Both the position numbers and the translations under genes were made by a program. Shown here piece by piece: positions 36,656-46,089 of a stretch of DNA of 64,000 nt. The stretch is taken from positions 67,912 to 131,911 of the forward strand of contig PMCA01000011.1 of the NCBI GenBank assembly GCA_003153935.1. The letters run 5' to 3'. The notes beneath the pieces are model-generated. The model made no database searches. It was not told the origin of the DNA and saw only the letters and a program-made list of their open reading frames with translations. Position 1 is the first letter of the stretch. Every line of letters begins with the position of its first letter. Origin of the DNA: Elusimicrobiota bacterium (GTDB lineage: Bacteria; CAYTYR01; UBA6262).

Positions 36656-36708
36656 ATCAACTACGAGTCCCGATCAGATCGGGACGGACTATCAACTATG
36701 AACTGTTT

Positions 36709-37560
36709 TTATCTAACGCCCTTCATTACGTTCATTATTCTTTGCAGATCGTCATCGGAATAGAATTTCACTTCAATCTTGCCTTTTCCCCGACGGTATT
36801 TAATATTGACATGGGCGCCCAAAATGCGCTGCAATTCTTCCTCCGCCTCCAGCACATGGACATTTTTGTGCTTGGTGGTGGTAATATCTATTTTCCTGAG
36901 TTTTTTTACCACTTCCTCGGTGTCCCGCACGCTCAGTTTTTCACCGAATATTCTTTTGGCCATTGATTCCTGGTCCTCAAAGCTTTCCAGCCCCATAATC
37001 GCTTTGGCATGTCCTGCTGAAAGATTCCCGTTCAGGATCTGGCTTTTAACTTCGCTGGGCAACTTAAGTAAACGCAACATATTGGCAACCGATGAACGAT
37101 CTTTGCCTATCCTCTTGGACAGGTCTTCCTGGCTCAGATTGAAATTATCCATTAACTGCTTATAGGCTTCGGCTTCCTCTAAAGGATTCAGGTCTTCGCG
37201 CTGGATGTTTTCCACTAATGATAATTCGAACATTTCCGCGTCGTTGACGTCTTTAATTATGGCTGGCACATCTGACAACCCGGCCGCCTTGGCCGCCCGC
37301 CATCTGCGTTCCCCGGCGATCAGTTCGTATCCGCCTTCACACTTCCGCAGCAGTAAGGGATGGACCAGGCCGCTGGTCTTTATGGAATTGGCCAGTTCGG
37401 TAATTTTCTCTTCATTAAAATAATGCCTGGCCTGATATTTGTTAGGTATGATATTGTCCAGCCTGACATGGCTGATACTATCATTAATAATTACATCGCC
37501 ATCGCTTAGCGTTACTCCCGGTATTAGCGCTTCCAATCCCTTACCCAGAGCTTTATGCAT
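36709..37560 (-). CDS. parB: Chromosome partitioning protein ParB
   Basis: 283 aa. ParB box LIAGERRWRAAKAAGL, HTH region, C-terminal dimerisation domain. Confidence 0.9.
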   Translation of the reverse strand: MHKALGKGLEALIPGVTLSDGDVIINDSISHVRLDNIIPNKYQARHYFNEEKITELANSIKTSGLVHPLLLRKCEGGYELIAGERRWRAAKAAGLSDVPAIIKDVNDAEMFELSLVENIQREDLNPLEEAEAYKQLMDNFNLSQEDLSKRIGKDRSSVANMLRLLKLPSEVKSQILNGNLSAGHAKAIMGLESFEDQESMAKRIFGEKLSVRDTEEVVKKLRKIDITTTKHKNVHVLEAEEELQRILGAHVNIKYRRGKGKIEVKFYSDDDLQRIMNVMKGVR

Positions 37561-37588
37561 CTTTGCCTCCTCAATTTATTTTCCTGAA

Positions 37589-38479
37589 TTATTCCTGGTG
37601 ATTTTCTCCGGTAACTGCCGGCACCGCCTCTGCGGTAGCATCCTCGTCAACGCCCTCGGATATTGCTTCAGAAGTTTCCTCAATGGTCGGACTCTTTACC
37701 TGTTCTTCCCCATGCCTGTGGCCGATAACTTCTTTGGCCAGTTCGGCATACGCCACCGCCCCCTTAGAATGAGGGTCATACAGCAAAATAGGTTTCCCGT
37801 GGCTGGGAGCTTCCGAGAGCCTGACCGTCCTGGGGATTACTGTGGTATAAACCTTGCTCTTGAGATATTTCCGCACCTCATCCACTACTTGCCCGGATAG
37901 GTTAACCCGTGAATCATACATAGTTAACAAAACCCCTTCCACTTTAAGATCCGGATTCAGGTTCTTCCTGATCAGTTCAATGGTGTTGAGTAGCTGCCCC
38001 AGCCCCTCCAGCGCGTAATATTCGCATTGCATCGGAATTATCACTGAATCAGCAGCGGTTAAACTGTTAACGGTCAATAACCCCAGTGAAGGCGGACAAT
38101 CTATGATTATGTACTTGTATACGCTATTTAGTTTTTCCAGAGCCTTACGCAGGCGGGTTTCACGGGCCAGAACGTTTACTAATTCAATCTCTGCCCCAAT
38201 CAGGTGTATATTTGCGGGAACGACGTCCAGCCAATCGACATCGCTTGGCACAATTGCATCTTCGATGAGGGTTTCTTCTATTAGTACGTTATATATGGTG
38301 CTTTTCAAGTCATTTTTATCAACGCCTACACCAGCGGTGCTATTACCCTGTGGATCCATATCAATCAGTAGTGTTTCCTGTCCCTGCTGCGCAAGGTAGG
38401 CGGATAGATTAATAGCGGTTGTTGTTTTACCTACCCCACCTTTTTGATTGGCTACAGCAATAACCTGGCTCATTACCAC
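37589..38479 (-). CDS. parA: Chromosome partitioning ATPase ParA/Soj
   Basis: 296 aa. Deviant Walker A ANQKGGVGKTTTAINL. Acidic C-terminal tail. Confidence 0.9.
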   Translation of the reverse strand: MVMSQVIAVANQKGGVGKTTTAINLSAYLAQQGQETLLIDMDPQGNSTAGVGVDKNDLKSTIYNVLIEETLIEDAIVPSDVDWLDVVPANIHLIGAEIELVNVLARETRLRKALEKLNSVYKYIIIDCPPSLGLLTVNSLTAADSVIIPMQCEYYALEGLGQLLNTIELIRKNLNPDLKVEGVLLTMYDSRVNLSGQVVDEVRKYLKSKVYTTVIPRTVRLSEAPSHGKPILLYDPHSKGAVAYAELAKEVIGHRHGEEQVKSPTIEETSEAISEGVDEDATAEAVPAVTGENHQE

Positions 38480-38553
38480 CCCTGTAAATTACTCTGATCG
38501 ATTCGTGTTCATTTTAACAAACACCAATAAATAATGCAAGCAAAATTTTATGC

Positions 38554-39489
38554 TTACCGCTCTTTTATGTACCTATACCATTGATCCTGGAAATCATCCA
38601 GGCTTTTAAACTGGTTTTTGTAGGTGCTCAGTAGTGCCTTCTCCACATTGTCTTCTTTTTTTAAACTTAGGCAGAATTCGTTAAATTTAGCCCTCCCCAG
38701 CTTATGTATCATAAATTCAACAGTACTAAGAGATTGCGCGTACCACAGGTTGATCATGGTCGTCTTGCCTTGCTTCAAAATATCCGCCTTAATAAGCTCT
38801 CTGAAAGGAAAGTATCCACCATTTCTTAACTCCGTCATCCTATTTTCCAGGCTGATGATAAGACTACTATGAACTACTTTGCGTTCTTCATAGGTAGCTA
38901 GCCCTTCGGACAACCACCTCATGGTTATTGGGTCGTATTGCCTACCCATATAATTATACAGCAACATATGTGTTATCTCATGAGGTATCAGGCCAGTTAA
39001 GTTCACCCCTTCAAATGAATAGAAGCTATTCTTATTATAGATGGCCCTGCCCACTGACCACATGGGTTGTCTGATCTTTGACCTGTATTCGTCCTCGTTC
39101 TTAAATATAAATATCTTTATCTTTTTATTGGCCTGAATTTTGAAACTAAGATCTTCGATTATTCTATCATAGACACCCTCAATAGAATCTCCTATGTCTT
39201 CGCAAACTTCATTATTATGGGCATATATCTTGAAGTGGTCGGTTTCCTTACTGCAATAGCTTGCCTCGCTGATCTCCGGGACTTCCATCCCAAAGTTAGA
39301 ATCCACATTGAATTCCGCGTGTTTCTCCAACTCATACAGAATCCTCATCTGATCCATGATCTCCATATTCTGGGCTTGCATTTCCTTTATGCGGTTGTTA
39401 AGGTAGGCTATATGGCCAATATAAACCAATAGAATGCTTACTAAAACTATGAGCAGTAGGATTTTGACCCGTTCTTTACGTGATTTCAT
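38554..39489 (-). CDS. Membrane-anchored protein with HExxH (HEITH...EGLATYEE) putative zinc-metallopeptidase motif
   Basis: Start taken at MKSRKERVKILLLIV (39489). The longer ORF-track start would run into a parS-like site. Single TM, then a ~280-aa domain with HEITHMLL and a downstream EGLAT. Confidence 0.45.
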   Translation of the reverse strand: MKSRKERVKILLLIVLVSILLVYIGHIAYLNNRIKEMQAQNMEIMDQMRILYELEKHAEFNVDSNFGMEVPEISEASYCSKETDHFKIYAHNNEVCEDIGDSIEGVYDRIIEDLSFKIQANKKIKIFIFKNEDEYRSKIRQPMWSVGRAIYNKNSFYSFEGVNLTGLIPHEITHMLLYNYMGRQYDPITMRWLSEGLATYEERKVVHSSLIISLENRMTELRNGGYFPFRELIKADILKQGKTTMINLWYAQSLSTVEFMIHKLGRAKFNEFCLSLKKEDNVEKALLSTYKNQFKSLDDFQDQWYRYIKER

Positions 39490-39505
39490 TATGGCTCCTA
39501 TAGTT

Positions 39506-39521
39506 TGTTGCACGTGAAACA
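39506..39521. promoter_or_regulatory. parS-like site TGTTGCACGTGAAACA (1 mismatch)
   Basis: Matches the parS consensus TGTTTCACGTGAAACA at 15/16 positions. Confidence 0.6.
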
Positions 39522-39538
39522 TGGCTTTTAGCACATAT

Positions 39539-39554
39539 TGTTTCACGTGAAACT
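39539..39554. promoter_or_regulatory. parS-like site TGTTTCACGTGAAACT (1 mismatch)
   Basis: 15/16 match to the parS consensus. Confidence 0.6.
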
Positions 39555-39581
39555 ATGATTTGCACTTAGAACAGCCAAAAA

Positions 39582-39597
39582 TGTTTCACGTGAAACA
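39582..39597. promoter_or_regulatory. parS site TGTTTCACGTGAAACA (perfect)
   Basis: Exact 16-bp palindromic parS consensus between rsmG and the peptidase-like gene. Confidence 0.8.
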
Positions 39598-39606
39598 TTT
39601 TTTGGC

Positions 39607-40332
39607 TTATAATGGCCTTTTTTGTGGAATCCCTGACTTTCTTGGATACTTTTGAGGGGTGGACTGCTTTTTTCTAATGAAAATGAAGGTCCGTATAAAA
39701 TCCTTTATACCAATCTCTATGAACCTTTCTTCCTCTCCTCCCAACTCTATTATAGCTTGCCTAGCTCCTTCCAGCTCTTGTTTTCCTTTAGGTCCTTTGT
39801 AAGCAACAAAATATCCATCAGACTTAATAAAAGGTAACGCTAACTCAACCAATGTATTCATCTCGGCTACTGCCCGGCTAACTACTATATCAAACTTCTC
39901 CCTGTACACTGGATGGTGAGCATATTCCTCTGATCTACCCCAAATTACGCTTACTTTGTCCAACATTAGCTTTTCAACTATTTCCTGAAGAAATTCTGTT
40001 TTCTTCTTGGTCGCCTCTATTATAACCAGCTGAAGATCAGGAAAGACTATCTTTATCGGTATCCCGGGGAATCCAGCTCCTGAACCTATATCAAGCAGCG
40101 TAATATCCTTACTCCCAGATATAGTTTCTTTAAATTGTTGGTGCACCGCTAAGGAGTCTATAAAGTGCTTCCATATAATTTCTTCGGTTTCGCTATTGGA
40201 AATAAGATTAAATTGGCTGTTCCTTTCCTGTAAAAGACCTAAATAGTCCATGAACGCTCTTTCCTGTTCATTTGTTAGGCTCAAGCCTATAGACTTTATT
40301 GCCTCCCTAAGCATTTCCTGCTCTGTTCCCAT
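39607..40332 (-). CDS. rsmG: 16S rRNA (guanine527-N7)-methyltransferase RsmG (GidB)
   Basis: 241 aa. SAM-binding LLDIGSGAGFPGIPIKIVFP. Confidence 0.85.
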   Translation of the reverse strand: MGTEQEMLREAIKSIGLSLTNEQERAFMDYLGLLQERNSQFNLISNSETEEIIWKHFIDSLAVHQQFKETISGSKDITLLDIGSGAGFPGIPIKIVFPDLQLVIIEATKKKTEFLQEIVEKLMLDKVSVIWGRSEEYAHHPVYREKFDIVVSRAVAEMNTLVELALPFIKSDGYFVAYKGPKGKQELEGARQAIIELGGEEERFIEIGIKDFIRTFIFIRKKQSTPQKYPRKSGIPQKRPL

Positions 40333-40349
40333 TGAAATTACCCCAAAAA

Positions 40350-40365
40350 TGTTTCACGTGAAACA
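40350..40365. promoter_or_regulatory. parS site TGTTTCACGTGAAACA (perfect)
   Basis: Exact parS consensus in the 44-bp gap between the patatin gene and rsmG. Confidence 0.8.
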
Positions 40366-40376
40366 TTTTTTACCCA

Positions 40377-41276
40377 TTATTTGAATATTTGGCCTATAAA
40401 CCTCTTGAATCTTGCCTTCCTGATAGTTTCTTTGATCTGCTCAAGCTTTGACCATACTGCCCTTTCCCCTCTTTTGGCGCAATAGTCAATTCTCTTAAAA
40501 TTAGCCCAGTGAATATTACCTACTGCCGGGTTTATTACTATATCCGCGGCTAACAGGTTAAGATCGTTCAGCTTAGTACCAGTTATATAGTTGGCCCTGG
40601 ATATAACCTCCAGGCCATTATCGAGTTTGTCTAGATATCGCTTCCTGCTCTTTACATTTACCGCAATGACTATATCTGCCCCAAGCTTGCGACACCCGTT
40701 AATGGGACACTCGCTTACTGAACCGCCATCTGCTATCAGGTCCCCGTTCCATTCCACAGGAGGCAATATCCCTGGGATACTGGCACTGCCAAGTACAGCC
40801 TTTCTTAATGGGCCGTCTTCTATGACGATTTCTTCACCTTTGAAAAGATTGGTTGCAGTGGCGGCAAAGGGAATGCCCAGCTTTCTTATCTCTATATCGG
40901 GTAGTAATTCATTAATGACGTTTTCTATCCTATCCTTCGAAATTACGCTCAACCTGGTTTTAATGATCGTGCTTAAATACGCTCTCTTTATGAAACCGCT
41001 AAACTTATATAAAAGACCTTCCCGGTCTTTCTCCTTATTCAGGTCAAACATTAATGCCCGGAATGATCCGGTCTCTACGCAAGCTCTAACCTTAGTCATA
41101 ACAGTGTTAATATCAGGATTATACGCGTACAGAGCCCCGATTATTGCCCCCATGCTTGTACCGGAAATTACATCTATGGGAATCTTTTCCTCCTCAAGAA
41201 CCTGCAGTACTCCAAGGTGTGCAAGCCCCCTGGCCCCTCCTCCGCCCAAAGCCAACCCAACTTTTACCTTTGCCAT
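40377..41276 (-). CDS. Patatin-like phospholipase (RssA-like)
   Basis: 299 aa. GxGxxG oxyanion motif LALGGGGARGLAHLGVL, nucleophile GTSMG, catalytic DGG. Confidence 0.8.
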   Translation of the reverse strand: MAKVKVGLALGGGGARGLAHLGVLQVLEEEKIPIDVISGTSMGAIIGALYAYNPDINTVMTKVRACVETGSFRALMFDLNKEKDREGLLYKFSGFIKRAYLSTIIKTRLSVISKDRIENVINELLPDIEIRKLGIPFAATATNLFKGEEIVIEDGPLRKAVLGSASIPGILPPVEWNGDLIADGGSVSECPINGCRKLGADIVIAVNVKSRKRYLDKLDNGLEVISRANYITGTKLNDLNLLAADIVINPAVGNIHWANFKRIDYCAKRGERAVWSKLEQIKETIRKARFKRFIGQIFK

Positions 41277-41303
41277 ATTGCCTCCTGATATTTCAAGCGC
41301 AAA

Positions 41304-42710
41304 TCATTTGCCAATACAGAACCTGGAAAATATTATATTTAATACGTCCTCGCCTATACGTTCCCCGGTTATTTCTCCCAAGTTTTCAATACTCGCTCTT
41401 AAGTTCGGGGCTATAAACTCCTCCCCTGCATCCCTGCCGGCATCAATTAATGCTTCTGCAAGGCGTTTAATTGCCTGTTTCAGCGCCAAAAAGTGTCTTT
41501 GGCTGGTAATGATGCTGTTTTCCGGTAAACCACCACCTACCCGGCTTTTTAGCGCTTGTTTGATTATCGCCTGTTCCAGGGCGCCCAGTCCTGTGCCTTT
41601 TAATGCACTGAACCCTATGGCTTTATCAACGCCAAGAGCCTTGAGCTCAGGCCCTTTTATCACGGCGGGGAGATCTCTCTTGTTCAAGATGGCTATATAA
41701 TTTTTACCTATAAGCTTTGGGCCTATGGCTTTGTCTTCTTTTGACAGCGGCCTATTACCGTCGACAACCCAGAGCAATATATCCGCTTTCTCTATCGCTC
41801 TTTTGGTTCTCTCCTGGCCAATCTTTTCTATTTTATTGTTTGAGCTTCTTAGTCCAGCCGTATCCATCAGCCGTATCAGATGCCCTTTTATACTAATTAC
41901 ATCCTCTACTATATCCCTGGTGGTTCCAGGCAGCTCCGTAACGATGGCCTTTTCTTCTCTCAACAGGCAATTAAGCAGGCTGGATTTGCCCACATTTGGC
42001 TTGCCGATAATAGCGACTCGTATCCCCTCTTTAATTATCTTGCCCTTATCATACGTTTCAATTAGCTTTTCTAATTCCGCCTTGTTGTTTTTTATGCGGG
42101 TTACCACTTCATTTCTCGTCATGGTTTCCAGTTTTTCTTCCGCATAATCTATATTTGCCTCCATTTGCGCCAATATTTCCGTTAAATCGCCCTTTACTTC
42201 TTTTATCTTGTTAGATAATTTCCCCTCTAGCTGCTCCAGCCCTATTTTTAGCGCGGCCTCCGTCTTGGCAGATATAATATCGGCTACGGCCTCCGCCTGG
42301 CTCAGGTCAATTCTACCGTTCAGGAATGCTCTTTTGGTGAATTCACCTGGTTCGGCCAGCCTGGATCCGGCCGCGGTTATCGCCCCGAGTATGCTTTTTA
42401 AGATCAGGGACCCGCCATGGCCATAGAGCTCTACTGTTTCTTCCCGGGTATAAGAATGAGGCGCGCGCATGATGACCGCTAAGACCGCTTCGCCAGCGGC
42501 CGCGCCCTTATTTATCTTACCGTAATATAATTTATGTGTAGCCATATTGGCCACAGATATTCTGTCGGTGGTTTCAAATATTTGCGCCAATATTTTAGGC
42601 GCTTCGGGGCCGCTGATCCTGATCACGCCCAGCCCGCCGCTGCCAGAAGGCGTGGCAATGGCCGCGATAGTGTCCGACAGGTAAGTTATAGCCTTTGGTG
42701 TTTTCTTCAT
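41304..42710 (-). CDS. mnmE: tRNA modification GTPase MnmE (TrmE)
   Basis: 468 aa. G-domain GKPNVGKSSLLN, C-terminal CIGK tetrapeptide. Confidence 0.9.
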   Translation of the reverse strand: MKKTPKAITYLSDTIAAIATPSGSGGLGVIRISGPEAPKILAQIFETTDRISVANMATHKLYYGKINKGAAAGEAVLAVIMRAPHSYTREETVELYGHGGSLILKSILGAITAAGSRLAEPGEFTKRAFLNGRIDLSQAEAVADIISAKTEAALKIGLEQLEGKLSNKIKEVKGDLTEILAQMEANIDYAEEKLETMTRNEVVTRIKNNKAELEKLIETYDKGKIIKEGIRVAIIGKPNVGKSSLLNCLLREEKAIVTELPGTTRDIVEDVISIKGHLIRLMDTAGLRSSNNKIEKIGQERTKRAIEKADILLWVVDGNRPLSKEDKAIGPKLIGKNYIAILNKRDLPAVIKGPELKALGVDKAIGFSALKGTGLGALEQAIIKQALKSRVGGGLPENSIITSQRHFLALKQAIKRLAEALIDAGRDAGEEFIAPNLRASIENLGEITGERIGEDVLNIIFSRFCIGK

Positions 42711-42810
42711 TAGTAAAATATCTTATACCAAATATGCCTTAAAAGCAATAAAAAAACCCTTGCAGCATATTCTGCCGCAAGGGCCATTTATATATGGTCC
42801 CTGACTATTT

Positions 42811-43485
42811 TTAGTCAGGTATGATAACGATCCTTCTAAAGGCGCCTTCCCCTTCGCTCTCTGTGCGCACCCCGGTGGTTTCTTTTAAGGCCAGGTGCAC
42901 TATTCTCCTGTCATGCGCGCTCATCGGCTCCAGGACATCCTTGGCGCCGGACAGGCGTACTTTTTCCGCCCGGCTAAGAGCCAGTTTTATTAAAGCCTCT
43001 TCACGACGGCCACGGTACCCTTCGGTGTCTACCACTATCTTATATTTATCTTCAATAGCTACGTCTTTAACCAGTCCGGCCTTGATCATCCGGTTAGCCA
43101 TCAGGTTAACAATATACTGCAGAGCTTCCAGGGTCTGCCCTTTCTTCCCTATCAGCAGCGCGCTGTCGAGGCTTTCTATGCTGATAACAATATGCTCCGG
43201 CTTATGTTCAATGCAGGTGTCTCCGTCTATTTCCATCTTGGTTAATATATTATTAACGATTTCGCGCGCCTTGATCGCCAGTTCGCCGCCACCCGCCTTA
43301 ATTTCTTCCGTTTCTTTCATTATAACCTTCACTCGGGCCGGCGCTCCACCCATCAAGCCGAATAATCCCGCCTTGCCCTCGTCAATGATTTTTACCTCTA
43401 CATCGTCCTGCTTGGCTTTTAGTTCGGTTAAAGCTTTTTGTATTGCTTCCTCTACGGTTTTCCCTTCTACTTCGATCTCTTTCAT
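42811..43485 (-). CDS. khpB: Jag/KhpB RNA-binding protein (Jag_N-KH-R3H)
   Basis: 224 aa. Conserved position downstream of yidC. R3H region near the C-terminus. Confidence 0.8.
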   Translation of the reverse strand: MKEIEVEGKTVEEAIQKALTELKAKQDDVEVKIIDEGKAGLFGLMGGAPARVKVIMKETEEIKAGGGELAIKAREIVNNILTKMEIDGDTCIEHKPEHIVISIESLDSALLIGKKGQTLEALQYIVNLMANRMIKAGLVKDVAIEDKYKIVVDTEGYRGRREEALIKLALSRAEKVRLSGAKDVLEPMSAHDRRIVHLALKETTGVRTESEGEGAFRRIVIIPD

Positions 43486-43509
43486 TTTAACCGCTCCTCG
43501 TATGCCTGC

Positions 43510-45072
43510 TTATTTTACCACTTCAACTTTGGCTTCCCGCTTATGGATAAAAAGGTACTGCCCAGCCATGGAAACAATACTGTTGATGAACCAGTATAAA
43601 ACCAGGCCGCTGGGCACGTTCCAAAAGAAAAACGTAAAAATTATCGGCATAAACATTACCATCTTGGCCTGCTGAGGATCCACGTTGGACATCTTCTGTT
43701 GCAGCAGCATGGAAATACCCATCACCAGTGGCAGGATGTTTATATTAATACCGGCAATAGCCGTCACTGTATCCGGCAGAGACAAGTCTTTTATCCAGAA
43801 AATAAAGGGGGCTTGACGCAGCTCAATCGTATATCTAATGGTGTTATATAAGGCGAACAGGATGGGCATTTGCAGCAGCATCGGCAGACAGCCGCCAAAG
43901 GGATTGACTTTATGCGCCTTATACAGGTTCATTATCTCTATATTTAGTCTTTTGGCGTCATCTTTATACTTTTCCTGCAATTGCTTCATTAAGGGTTGCA
44001 CACGCTGCATTTCTTTCATGGAGCGATAGCTCTTTAAAGTCAGGGGCAGCAATATTATCTGCAGGATCAGGGTCAATATTACTATCGCCCAGCCATAATT
44101 GTGCACCATACCGTTAATGCCGTTAAGCACGTAATAGCAGAGCTTTTCACTGGGGCCAAAGCCGACGATACGTTCCAGATTGGGTGCTATTGTCTTCAGG
44201 GTCTTATATTCCTTAGGGCCGATATACAGGTCAACCGCATCTTTCTTGGTTTCTCCCGGCGCCAGGATGTATTCTTTTTGCACTAGTCCGACGCTAATCT
44301 TTTTGTCCTGGTTTTTATCGCTTACCACACCCTCGAAAATAGTTTGCGCGGGTAACAAGGTCGCGGCAAAATACTGGCTGCTCAAGGTGACCCAGGAAAC
44401 CACGCCATTCTGCCCGGCGGGTTTTACGCCTTTTTGGAATTTCCCGTCGATCCAGGCCTCGGCATTATTGGTTTCGGCTTTGCTATTTAAGGGGTTTAGT
44501 CCCGGGCCCCAGCTTAAAGTATATCCCGGGATTTTGATGGGAGCGTTCCCTTTATTCTGAAAAATAGCGACGGTGCTGTGTAAATAACCTTCGCCCTTGA
44601 AAATATATTGCCTGGTGATCTCCAAGCCATTGGCTAATTGGATAGTCAGGGACAGGGTCTTGGTTTCGCCAGCTGAGACCTGCAGGCTTTCCTGGCCCGT
44701 ATTATATTCCATCTCTGACAAGAATGGTTCCTGGCCAGTCAGTAAAGCCAGCGGTTTTTTCCCATTCAAAGTGTTGCTGGAGATCATGGTCAGCCATTTA
44801 TTATCTTTATCTTTGATCTGCCAGCTCAGCAGGGAAGCTCCTCTGGTGCTGATGGCGACCTTATTATTAGGAGTGTCAATTAAGATTGTTTTTTCACCGG
44901 TATTTTTAGGCGTAACCGGGGTACTGATAGCCTCGGGGGCGAGATTGGAGCTGGTCGCGGTCGCGGCAGGCGTCTTGGTGGCAGGGGGCGGTGTGCCAGC
45001 GGGCATTAAATACATAAAGGTCACGATAACCAGCATTGATAAAAACGTTGCTATTAAAGCTCTTTTTTCCAT
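43510..45072 (-). CDS. yidC: Membrane protein insertase YidC
   Basis: 520 aa. Large periplasmic P1 domain plus 60-kDa inner-membrane-protein core (five C-terminal TMs). Confidence 0.9.
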   Translation of the reverse strand: MEKRALIATFLSMLVIVTFMYLMPAGTPPPATKTPAATATSSNLAPEAISTPVTPKNTGEKTILIDTPNNKVAISTRGASLLSWQIKDKDNKWLTMISSNTLNGKKPLALLTGQEPFLSEMEYNTGQESLQVSAGETKTLSLTIQLANGLEITRQYIFKGEGYLHSTVAIFQNKGNAPIKIPGYTLSWGPGLNPLNSKAETNNAEAWIDGKFQKGVKPAGQNGVVSWVTLSSQYFAATLLPAQTIFEGVVSDKNQDKKISVGLVQKEYILAPGETKKDAVDLYIGPKEYKTLKTIAPNLERIVGFGPSEKLCYYVLNGINGMVHNYGWAIVILTLILQIILLPLTLKSYRSMKEMQRVQPLMKQLQEKYKDDAKRLNIEIMNLYKAHKVNPFGGCLPMLLQMPILFALYNTIRYTIELRQAPFIFWIKDLSLPDTVTAIAGININILPLVMGISMLLQQKMSNVDPQQAKMVMFMPIIFTFFFWNVPSGLVLYWFINSIVSMAGQYLFIHKREAKVEVVK

Positions 45073-45083
45073 TTTTTTTCCTT

Positions 45084-45296
45084 TTATTTTACTGGATCAT
45101 GACCACCTGGATGAAAAGGGTGGCATTTCAGGATCCGTTTCACCCCTAAAAAACAACCTCGGGCGACCCCGTATTTTTCCACCGCCTCCAGGCAATATTG
45201 CGAGCAGGAAGGGGTGAACCGGCACGCTCGAGGGAAAAAGCGAGAAAAAGCTTGATATATCTTAATTAGGGCAATAACTGTTTTTCTGGCTAGCAT
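45084..45296 (-). CDS. yidD: Membrane protein insertion efficiency factor YidD
   Basis: Conserved [25 protein letters not shown]...[17 protein letters not shown]. Start taken at the internal Met (45296), so it does not overlap rnpA. Confidence 0.7.
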   Translation of the reverse strand: MLARKTVIALIKIYQAFSRFFPRACRFTPSCSQYCLEAVEKYGVARGCFLGVKRILKCHPFHPGGHDPVK

Positions 45297-45298
45297 GC

Positions 45299-45658
45299 TT
45301 ATATTAGATGCGCTTTCTGGCAAAGGTCGATAAATGCCGGCTGGAGCATGGCTCCGGTAATTTTCCGCGCCGCCGGTTTCAGGACTAAAACTATCAGGGT
45401 GGGACTTTTTAGCCGGTGTTTATTCTGCCGGTAGGCCTCACGCAAGACCCGTTTCAGGTAATTTCTCTGAGGGGCCGAGCCAACCTTGCGCGAAGCTACG
45501 ATTCCAAGCTTAGAACCTTCCGGGCCAGGCCCCGGGGCTTTTTTAAAATACATGATAAACCAGGGCGCGCTATAACGCTTGCCTGTATTATATACATCGC
45601 TGAATTCTTTTTTCTTTTTGAGCCGTTCCAGACGGCTTAGGGTAAAAGCAAGGGACAT
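45299..45658 (-). CDS. rnpA: Ribonuclease P protein component
   Basis: 119 aa. Basic RNR-like region ([22 protein letters not shown]). Confidence 0.8.
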   Translation of the reverse strand: MSLAFTLSRLERLKKKKEFSDVYNTGKRYSAPWFIMYFKKAPGPGPEGSKLGIVASRKVGSAPQRNYLKRVLREAYRQNKHRLKSPTLIVLVLKPAARKITGAMLQPAFIDLCQKAHLI

Positions 45659-45659
45659 T

Positions 45660-45794
45660 TTATACCGTTAATTTTTTTCTTCCTTTTTGTCGACGAGCTT
45701 TCAGGACCCGGCGTCCGCCGCGGGTTTTCATCCGCTTCCTGAAACCGTGGGTTTTTTTGCGTTTACGATTATTGGGTCTAAATGTAGGTAGCAT
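45660..45794 (-). CDS. rpmH: 50S ribosomal protein L34
   Basis: [44 protein letters not shown]. Start taken at the internal Met to give the canonical 44-aa L34. Confidence 0.8.
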   Translation of the reverse strand: MLPTFRPNNRKRKKTHGFRKRMKTRGGRRVLKARRQKGRKKLTV

Positions 45795-45845
45795 TGTTCC
45801 TCCTAAGAAGTAACTTGCTTTTAACAATGTGCTAATATACCCCAT

Positions 45846-46089
45846 TTAGCATTAATTGTCAAGCGATAATCTGCATATTTATGCTCTTTATATGGTTATT
45901 ATTCACATTATTTTTTTCTTGACTTATTATTGCTTTTTTAGTAAAATATGCCTGTGCTGAGAATAGCGCGTTCCATTTACCCTACAATTAGGATTTGGCC
46001 AAAAGCACTACATTATATAGAAAAGAACCAACTTATCCACAATTGTGAATAATTCTGTGGATAACATTTTTTATAGGGGCTCCTTTAGT
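45846..46089. promoter_or_regulatory. Putative oriC / dnaA promoter region with DnaA boxes
   Basis: AT-rich 244 bp between divergent rpmH and dnaA. Perfect DnaA boxes TTATCCACA (46033-46041) and inverted TGTGGATAA (46057-46065). One-mismatch box TTATTCACA at 45899-45907. Confidence 0.6.

Noticed and set aside
40591-41700. Plus-strand 369-aa ORF
   Set aside because: It is antisense to the patatin and mnmE genes. The composition is extremely Ser/Pro/Ala/Leu-biased with no domain signature.
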